A stretch of DNA of 64,000 nt, taken from the NCBI GenBank assembly GCA_035653735.1, contig DASRBG010000052.1, forward strand, positions 4,990 to 68,989, read 5' to 3'. The notes beneath the pieces are model-generated. The model did no database searches and was not told the origin of the DNA. It was given only the letters and a program-made list of their open reading frames with translations. A program made the position numbers and the translations under genes. This document shows, one piece after another, positions 20,031 through 26,190 of the stretch. The stretch's first letter is position 1, and each line of letters begins with the position of its first letter. The stretch comes from Gemmataceae bacterium (GTDB taxonomy: Bacteria > Planctomycetota > Planctomycetia > Gemmatales > Gemmataceae).

Positions 20031-20097
20031 AGGCGAGCGGGGCGTGTTCACGCCTCGTGAGTATCCGCTCGGGGCGCTTACGCGACCCCGCTCGCCT
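20031..20097. repeat. palindromic element family A, copy 2 (degenerate)
   Basis: A 12-bp perfect outer stem (AGGCGAGCGGGG / CCCCGCTCGCCT) encloses a degenerate interior. The right arm GGCGCTTACGCGACCCCGCTCGCC carries the last codons and the stop codon of 20078..20908. Confidence 0.8.
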
Positions 20098-20908
20098 TTG
20101 CTTCGCACTCGCGCATATAACGCAGGCTCTCTCGCGCGATTGTCTCCGGATCGGGAGAGTAATCGAACACTTCGACCGAGACCCAGCCCGCATAGCCGCT
20201 TTCGCGCAGAGCGCGGAAGATAGGCACGAAATCGACTGGCCCAAAGCCGGGTCCGCGGCGATTGGCGTCATTGGCGTGAAAATGGCCGGTGCGGGCAGCG
20301 TGTCGGCGGATCAAATCCGGGACCGGCGTATCTTCCGATGACATCGCCTTGACATCGAGATGCAGCAGGAAGTTCGGATCGGCGAGGCGATCAAGGATCT
20401 TAACGGCCTCGGCGCAGGTGTTGATGAAATCGGCCTCGGCCGGCGCTAATGGCTCCAGGCATAGCTTGACGCCGCTGTCGGTGATGCCCTTCTGAGCACG
20501 GCGAAAAGTATCGACAGCGTAATCGACAGCCTGCGCGCGGCTGGCGCCGGCGGGAATGCGCCTCTGCGCCGGCGAGCCGAAGACGAGGATGTCGCCGCCG
20601 AGATCGGCACAGCAGCGCGCTAGCGCGGCCAGGTAGTCAGCGGTCCTTTGCCGCACGTCTGCATCGGCTGCTGTCAGCTGCAATCCCTCTGTTTTTGCCA
20701 AAAGCCAATGTAATCCCAGCAGCGTCAGACCGTGATCCTCCGCCTGGCGGCGCAGCTCTAGGCGTCGTTCGGCGGACACTTCTTCGATGGAGCGTGCCAG
20801 CGTGAAAGGAGCGATCTCCAACCCCTGATAACCAAGCCCGGCCACGAAGCGACAAACACGCTCGTGTTCCCAACCCTCGAACGTCTCATTGCAAATGGCG
20901 TAACGCAT
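20078..20908 (-). CDS. sugar phosphate isomerase/epimerase (xylose-isomerase-like TIM barrel)
   Basis: 276-aa ORF. MRYAICNETFEGW...GYQGLEIAPF is the typical N-terminus of this family. HLDVKAM and HFHANDANRRGPGFGPVDF are metal-site-like segments. Confidence 0.85.
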   Translation of the reverse strand: MRYAICNETFEGWEHERVCRFVAGLGYQGLEIAPFTLARSIEEVSAERRLELRRQAEDHGLTLLGLHWLLAKTEGLQLTAADADVRQRTADYLAALARCCADLGGDILVFGSPAQRRIPAGASRAQAVDYAVDTFRRAQKGITDSGVKLCLEPLAPAEADFINTCAEAVKILDRLADPNFLLHLDVKAMSSEDTPVPDLIRRHAARTGHFHANDANRRGPGFGPVDFVPIFRALRESGYAGWVSVEVFDYSPDPETIARESLRYMRECEAKASGVA

Positions 20909-20921
20909 AGGATAGAAGAGC

Positions 20922-21070
20922 TAACCACAGAGTCACAGAGAGCACAGAGAAAAACACAGAAAAATCAAAAGAACAATAAAGCAGTTCCCCTTTTAACCTT
21001 TTCCCTCTATTCTTCTCTTCTTTGTTTCTTTTCTGTGTTTCTCTCTGTGTTCTCTGTGACTCTGTGGTTA
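20922..21070. repeat. palindromic element family B, copy 2
   Basis: Left arm is TAACCACAGAGTCACAGAGAGCACAGAGAAAAACACAGAAAA (20922..20963). Right arm is 21029..21070, with two mismatches. The loop is about 65 nt and A/T-rich. It lies between the start of 20078..20908 and the stop of 21083..22690. Confidence 0.85.
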
Positions 21071-21082
21071 GTTTGTTTCTCC

Positions 21083-22690
21083 TCAATTGACCTTGATGGT
21101 GACGCGACTTTCGTTGCCGCCCCGCAAGGTATCGTAGGTGATCTCGACGAGTCCGTTGGCCTTTTCCATCTCACGGTAGAACTCCGCTGGGGTGGAGATC
21201 TCCTGGCCATTGACTTTTTTGATGATCAGATCCGGTCGGAGTCGAGCCTTCTCGGCGGCGCTTCCGGGCAGGACTTCACGGATGACGACGCCTTCGGGGA
21301 TGAATTGCTCCAAGGGCAACACAACGCTGGACCAATCGACGCGCAGTCCGCCGCGCGCCCTCGGCCGATTCGAGGCGATAAGGGGACCGAGGGAAGGAGA
21401 AGGGACGGAGGGAAACTTGGTCAACTTCACCTGGTGGATTTGCCCCTGTCCCGGCCGGACAGGGCTTTGGGATACTTCGACGCGGATGGTGGTGCCAGCC
21501 TGCTGGAGCCCGACGGCGAGAAACAGATCGTCATTGTTGTGGATCGGCGTACCGTTGATGGAAAGAATGTAATCCCCAGGCTCACTGCGAAACCGATTTC
21601 GCATAGGGAAACCACCACGGTAAATCGGCCCGCGGATTCCTCCCTGAACAGCGGGGCCTTTGTCCACCAAGCTGCTGATGCGGACGTAGCCCTCTAGGAT
21701 TTGGTCCGCTCTCTCCAAGTAAACGCCCAGGAAACCGTATTCGACCTCCTCGCCGCGGAGCAGCACGTTGATGATGCGTCGCATGCCGTCGTCGAGCGGC
21801 ACGCCGAAGCCGCCGGGCGTTTCGCCGCCGGCAATGCCGGCCAATGACGAGGTCAAACCAACCAGTTCGCCTTCCAGATTGAGCAAGGCGCCGCCGCTGC
21901 AGCCGAGGTTCATGCGCGTGTCGGTCTGGATCAAGGTATTGAAGCAATAGAGCGGCAGCTTCGCGTTGCGTTCGGTGGTCGAAACGTCGTCGGTCAGCAC
22001 CCCCGTGGCCCGACGGCGCAGATTGCTGACGATGCCCCACGATGAGCTGGGACTGCCGTCGCGAAAGCCGGCCGCGAACGGATTTGACAACGACAGGATG
22101 AAATCACCCTTGCGCAGTTTACTGCCGTCACCGAGTTTGAGCGTCTTGAGATTCGGCTTTCGCTCGATCAAGCGCAGCACGGCGAGGTCACTACGGGGGT
22201 CGGAAGCGTGGATGTCGGCCCAGCTGCCGATTCCGCCCGGCAGACGGACGTAAATCTTCGTGGCGTTGCGAATGACGTGAGCCAGCGTCAGGATCAACCC
22301 TTTTTCGCTGTCGAGAACAATGCCGCTGCCGTAAGCCTCCGGCACGTTATCGGGGTTGCTGAGATCGAGCCGCTGAATCGCCTGGCTTTCGGGACTGTCC
22401 TTGTCCACGGATCGGAGAGCGCTTCGCGCATCGAATCGGCCGAGCTGACCGGGCTGGCGGGGCAGGATCGTATCATACGCGCGGTATTTGTCGCTGCGTG
22501 AGACGAGGATGCAGGCGATGCTCGGCTCGGCCCGCTCGATCGCTTGATGAACCGCCTCTTGCAACGCGAGCACATCGGCAAAGCGATTGCGTTCATCGCC
22601 CAGGGCCGAGGCTGACCCCAGCAAAAGAAGGGTCAGCGGAGTTAGCAAAGCATTACGGCGCATGAGTTGGTTCCTCGTAGCGTCCACCAC
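21083..22690 (-). CDS. HtrA/DegP-family serine protease with two PDZ domains
   Basis: Trypsin-fold triad context: LTLAHVI (His), DLAVLRL (Asp), NLGCSGGALLN (Ser). Two PDZ-like segments follow: GDYILSINGTPI and GVVIREVLPGSAAEKARLRPDLIIKKVNGQEI. Confidence 0.9.
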   Translation of the reverse strand: MVDATRNQLMRRNALLTPLTLLLLGSASALGDERNRFADVLALQEAVHQAIERAEPSIACILVSRSDKYRAYDTILPRQPGQLGRFDARSALRSVDKDSPESQAIQRLDLSNPDNVPEAYGSGIVLDSEKGLILTLAHVIRNATKIYVRLPGGIGSWADIHASDPRSDLAVLRLIERKPNLKTLKLGDGSKLRKGDFILSLSNPFAAGFRDGSPSSSWGIVSNLRRRATGVLTDDVSTTERNAKLPLYCFNTLIQTDTRMNLGCSGGALLNLEGELVGLTSSLAGIAGGETPGGFGVPLDDGMRRIINVLLRGEEVEYGFLGVYLERADQILEGYVRISSLVDKGPAVQGGIRGPIYRGGFPMRNRFRSEPGDYILSINGTPIHNNDDLFLAVGLQQAGTTIRVEVSQSPVRPGQGQIHQVKLTKFPSVPSPSLGPLIASNRPRARGGLRVDWSSVVLPLEQFIPEGVVIREVLPGSAAEKARLRPDLIIKKVNGQEISTPAEFYREMEKANGLVEITYDTLRGGNESRVTIKVN

Positions 22691-22925
22691 CGCGACAGGA
22701 GGAGAAACGAGCCATTCCTGTTTTGTATCGCGTTTCCGGAAGGTTTTCCAGTTTTTCCTGGCACCCCCTTCTCATTCGCAGACGCCTCACGAGAGCGAGG
22801 AGATGAATAGATCATTAAAAGGTCCATTTTCTTCTTGCGGCGCGCGATGCGGCGCGGGATCATCGAACCGCCGGGTTCGCGTTGCGGCCAGATGTCCCGC
22901 AAGCGTCCGGACGCCCGAGGCTCGC

Positions 22926-23510
22926 ATGAACACCACTTCGCTTAGCTTGCTCGATCGACTCAAGCGCGCCAAGCCGGATGCGGCCGAATGGCGCAGGCTC
23001 CAGGACATCTACTCACCGCTGATCCGCTATTGGCTGTCGCGTCTGACCGGCTTGCACGATGAGATCGAGGATCTGACGCAGGAAGTCCTCGTCGTGCTTT
23101 TCCGTGAGTTGCCCGGATTCGAGCGGCAGCGCCACGGAGCGTTCCGCGCCTGGCTTCGGCAAATCGCGGTCAATCGCATGTGGGCATTTTGCAAGGCGCG
23201 GCGCAGGCAGCCGGTCGCGGAGGTCGGCTCCAACATCGAAGAGCTTCTCACGCAGCTTGAAGACCCCAAGAGCGAGTTGGCCCGGCAATGGGACCGGGAC
23301 CACGACAAACACGTTTTCCAGAAACTCCTCGCCCTCGTCCAGCCGGATTTCGCGCCAGCCACCTGGCAGGCGTTTAACCGCTTCGCACTCGACGGCCGGT
23401 CGGCGGCGCGGGTGGCCAAGGAATTGGGCATGTCCGAAAGCGCCGTCGTGCAAGCGAAATCGCGCGTCCTCAAACGTTTGCGCGAGGAAGCCGGCGATTT
23501 GATGGGGTGA
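22926..23510 (+). CDS. ECF-type sigma-70 family sigma factor
   Basis: The ORF opens at 22587, but the family-typical start is MNTTSLSLLDRLK (ATG 22926). Region 2: EDLTQEVLVVLFRELPGF...FRAWLRQIAVNRMWAF. Region 4: ARVAKELGMSESAVVQAKSRVLKRLRE. Confidence 0.85.
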   Translation: MNTTSLSLLDRLKRAKPDAAEWRRLQDIYSPLIRYWLSRLTGLHDEIEDLTQEVLVVLFRELPGFERQRHGAFRAWLRQIAVNRMWAFCKARRRQPVAEVGSNIEELLTQLEDPKSELARQWDRDHDKHVFQKLLALVQPDFAPATWQAFNRFALDGRSAARVAKELGMSESAVVQAKSRVLKRLREEAGDLMG

Positions 23511-23668
23511 GTCGTTCGTGGCGTTAACCTCATTCGTACTCTCTTATGGGGGAATGAGAGAATTTTCGTGAGATGTTTGTTCCGAAAATGGACTTTCTCT
23601 ATCAGAGCGGCTTCCGCAACAGGGTGGTGGCCGGCCGTACCAGGATCCTAAAATAGGAGTTCCTTCCC

Positions 23669-25102
23669 GTGGCAGCTCAACGTGGAGTGCAACCGTCGGC
23701 GGACGTTTTGAAGACGTTCAGCCCAGGCAAAATGCCGGAGGAATTGAGGCTTTGCAAACGATCCGGTCTCGCGCGGCAGCTTGCGGCGCTGATTGCCGTG
23801 GCCGCCGTCATCATCTCGACATGCAGCATTGATCCTTCGCCTCTGGCGGCCAATCCGCCCCACCGACCTCCCGCGGGGCCTTCTCCACAGCAAATACAGC
23901 ACATGCTCCAGGAGCAACAGCGCAAGGAGCAACAGATGCTGCAAGAGTTGCTGAAGCAGCAACAGCGCTGGCGTGAGCAGATGAAGAAACGGCTTGAGGA
24001 ACATCAGAAGCACTTGCAGCAAATGAAGGCGCTGGGCGGGAATCAGAACGCACTGAAACACACCGCGAAACCGAACGCGTCGAAACACAGGGCGAAACCG
24101 ACCCACTCCATCGCACTTGGGCCGAAGCACTTTCCCAACCGAAAGCAAGCCTGCAAGGAGCTGATCCAGGCGTCTCGCCACATTCAAGCAGCGGACGGTT
24201 TTCCCATCGAGCCGAAAGGAGTGGCGCTTGGCAGCATCGGCCAAGCACTGGTCGATTTGGGCGAGGGCCCCCCATCGCCGGCGCCTCCCCTTCAAAGGGG
24301 AAACCACATTCATTGGGCGGAAGAGCACCTTCAAAGCGCTCGCAACGATGTAATGAACGCGAGGCACCTTCCGCATGAGGTAAAAGTGCCCGTACTTGCC
24401 GAGATCCACAGGGCCATGTTCGTTCTTCGCCATCCAGGCATGCCGCATCCCAGGATGGAGCAGGCACGTCGCGAGTTGGTCCTCGCCTTGCACCAAGTCC
24501 ATGCGGCGGATGGATTGCCTCACCGGTCGAAGGAGGAGGCGCTGACGAAGATCGGCGAGGCACTGCTCGTGTTGGGGGAGGCGCCTCCAACTCCGGTCGT
24601 GCCCGACCAGAAAGAAGGCCATGTTCGACGGGCCGAAGCGCACCTTCACCGGGCTTACAGGGACGTATTCGAGGCGAGGCATCTTCCGCACTATCAGCGG
24701 GCGCCCGTGCTCTGGGACATCCATCGAGCTTTGTTTGCCCTCACGCATCCAGACACTCCGCATCCAAACATGAAGCCGGCCATCGATGAATTGGTGCGTG
24801 CGTGGCATCAGGTAGATGCGGCACACGGAATGAGCCACGATCGGAAGGAGTTGGCGCGCGACATCATCGGCGAGGCAATCATCGTGTTGGGAGAGCCCTT
24901 GCCCAGGCCGAGGACGCCCAGCTCGAACGACGATCATATCAAGCGGGCCGAAGAGCATCTCCACAAGGCTCACTCGGACGTAGTTTCCCAGAAACACCTC
25001 CCGCACGAGCTAAAAGAGTCGGTGCTAGGCGAAATCCACCGCGCAACCGTTGTGCTCAAGCACCCGAAGGACGCCGATAAGGGGGAGGCCGCATCGAAGT
25101 AA
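23669..25102 (+). CDS. single-pass His-rich protein with three 105-aa tandem repeats; candidate anti-sigma/sensor
   Basis: 477-aa ORF with a GTG start 9 nt after AGGAG. It has a short N-terminal stub, one hydrophobic helix (LAALIAVAAVIISTCSI), a Gln-rich coiled-coil-like stretch, then three repeats. The equally long antisense ORF 23648..25006 is Arg/Leu-rich and looks like a shadow. Confidence 0.7.
   Translation: MAAQRGVQPSADVLKTFSPGKMPEELRLCKRSGLARQLAALIAVAAVIISTCSIDPSPLAANPPHRPPAGPSPQQIQHMLQEQQRKEQQMLQELLKQQQRWREQMKKRLEEHQKHLQQMKALGGNQNALKHTAKPNASKHRAKPTHSIALGPKHFPNRKQACKELIQASRHIQAADGFPIEPKGVALGSIGQALVDLGEGPPSPAPPLQRGNHIHWAEEHLQSARNDVMNARHLPHEVKVPVLAEIHRAMFVLRHPGMPHPRMEQARRELVLALHQVHAADGLPHRSKEEALTKIGEALLVLGEAPPTPVVPDQKEGHVRRAEAHLHRAYRDVFEARHLPHYQRAPVLWDIHRALFALTHPDTPHPNMKPAIDELVRAWHQVDAAHGMSHDRKELARDIIGEAIIVLGEPLPRPRTPSSNDDHIKRAEEHLHKAHSDVVSQKHLPHELKESVLGEIHRATVVLKHPKDADKGEAASK
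24143..25087 (+). repeat. three tandem 315-nt coding repeats inside 23669..25102
   Basis: Period of 105 aa (ACKEL at aa 161, ARREL at 266, AIDEL at 371). Conserved skeleton: A..EL...H...A.G...K...IG.A..LGE..P.P...H...AE.HL..A..DV....HLPH....VL..IHRA..L.HP. Confidence 0.8.
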
Positions 25103-25132
25103 GGTTATGACTCCCACTTGCGAAGGGATCTC

Positions 25133-25191
25133 GATTCGCGACGCTTCGCAGAAGCGTGCCAGGGCAACGCTTCTGCGAAGCATCGCGAATC
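25133..25191. repeat. palindromic element family G, copy 1
   Basis: Arms GATTCGCGACGCTTCGCAGAAGCGT (25133..25157) and 25167..25191 pair over 25 bp with one mismatch around a 9-nt loop. The element lies 31 nt after the stop of 23669..25102. Confidence 0.85.
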
Positions 25192-25238
25192 TACGATCTT
25201 CCCTCTACGTCTCGTATGTTCCACCGAAGGAGCTTGCG

Positions 25239-25511
25239 ATGGCCGCAAATTCCATCACCCATCCATCCGCCGAGGTTCTCCAGGCATTCGCCCTGGGCAA
25301 GTTGAACGATACATCGGCTTCGGTTGTGCTGAACCATTTGGACAGCTGTCCCGACTGCTGCCAGCAAGTAGCCGCGCTGTCCGGCGGTGAAGTTGCTGGA
25401 CTTCGTGGCTCACGAGGCCATGCTGGAGGCGAGCACCAACCCGTTCGCGCAGGTGGTGTTGGCTCATCTGAAAGCACGGGAAACCCATGGCGATCCAGCG
25501 AATCGGCATAA
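25239..25511 (+). pseudogene. remnant: N-terminal about 49 aa of a planctomycete-type Ser/Thr kinase or anti-sigma-like protein
   Basis: ATG follows GAAGGAG. MAANSITHPSAEVLQAFALGKLNDTSASVVLNHLDSCPDCCQQVAALSG matches the N-terminal Cys-motif module that precedes kinase domains in planctomycete STKs (from memory). After about 25386 the frame encodes Gly/Ser/Arg-rich junk and stops. No kinase domain follows. Confidence 0.4.
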
Positions 25512-25773
25512 TTGGAAAGTTCGGTTGGTCCGCAACATCTGTGATCGCGGCTTCAGCCCCAAGGACGTGCGTGAGTTGTTCCGGCTCATCGATTGGTTGA
25601 TGATATTGCCGCCAGCTTTGGCCGGTGTATTCCGACAAGAACTGGACAAAATACAATCTACTGTTTCACTTGAATGTGTCATGTTTCTGGTTTGGCTGCA
25701 ACAGCGCGGCCAAGGAGACAGCGCCACTGGTTCCGCGAGGCTCCCCTTGTCGCTTCCTGGGCGTGATTTATAA
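25387..25773 (+). pseudogene. remnant: C-terminal part of a putative transposase / Rpn (YhgA)-like protein
   Basis: KLLDFVAHEAMLEASTNPFAQVVLAHLKARETHGDPANRHNWKVRLVRNICDRGFSPKDVRELFRLIDWLMILPPALAGVFRQELDKIQ resembles, from memory, the C-terminal region of proteins annotated as Rpn-family recombination-promoting nuclease/putative transposase. The N-terminal nuclease part is absent. Confidence 0.45.
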
Positions 25774-25825
25774 TGTCCATTTATCCGAAGCAAGGGGTTC
25801 AAGCGACTGTTGAGGGAGAGGATCG

Positions 25826-26110
25826 ATGCCGCACACGCGTAGCGCCAAGAAAAACCTGCGCAAGAGCGAGAAACGACGACTGCACAACCGGTCGGTCAAG
25901 AAGGACATCAAAACGCAGATCAAGAGTTTCCTGGAGGCGCTGAACGGTCCGGCCGATCAGCTCCAGAAGGAATACAATCTGGCCGCGAAGAAGCTGGACA
26001 AGGCAGCGGCCAAACGAATTGTCCATCCCAACTTGGCTGCACGCAAGAAATCGCAACTGGCTCGCCAGCTCCAGAAAAAGACCGCCGCATCAGCAAGCAA
26101 ACCGGCGTAA
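25826..26110 (+). CDS. rpsT: 30S ribosomal protein S20
   Basis: 94 aa. MPHTRSAKKNLRKSEKRRLHNRSVKKDIKTQIK is the canonical S20 N-terminus. The protein is basic throughout. Confidence 0.93.
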   Translation: MPHTRSAKKNLRKSEKRRLHNRSVKKDIKTQIKSFLEALNGPADQLQKEYNLAAKKLDKAAAKRIVHPNLAARKKSQLARQLQKKTAASASKPA

Positions 26111-26190
26111 TTACCACAGCAAGGGCAAGGGCGAGCGGGGTCGCGTTAGCGCCCCCGCTCGCCCTTGCCCTTGCTGTGGTAATTACGCCG
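26103..26190. repeat. 38-bp perfect palindrome (hybrid containing the family A core)
   Basis: 26103..26140 pairs perfectly with 26153..26190 around a 12-nt loop. It contains GGCGAGCGGGGTCGCGTTAGCGCC, identical to the left arm of copy A1. The stop codons of rpsT (26108..26110) and of the MMPL gene (26183..26185, reverse strand) lie in opposite arms. Confidence 0.9.

Noticed and set aside
20864-21697. 277-aa ORF and the 66-67-aa ORFs reading through repeat B2. The same applies to small ORFs through other repeats, e.g. 6642..6833, 5110..5400 and 28832..29236.
   Set aside because: They consist of repeat-encoded low-complexity peptides (TESQRTQRKTQK, FSVFGFRFSVFGF) joined to antisense sequence of real genes.
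23648-25006. Long antisense ORFs mirroring real genes: 23648..25006, 46802..48028, 57205..58140, 36407..37915, 52466..53962, 40034..41005, 29252..30169, 10..657, 1511..2359 and many shorter ones.
   Set aside because: Their translations are Arg/Leu/Gly/Ala-rich with no motifs. They sit opposite ORFs with clear family signatures or G/C-rich third positions. This is the typical shadow-ORF artefact of high-G+C DNA.
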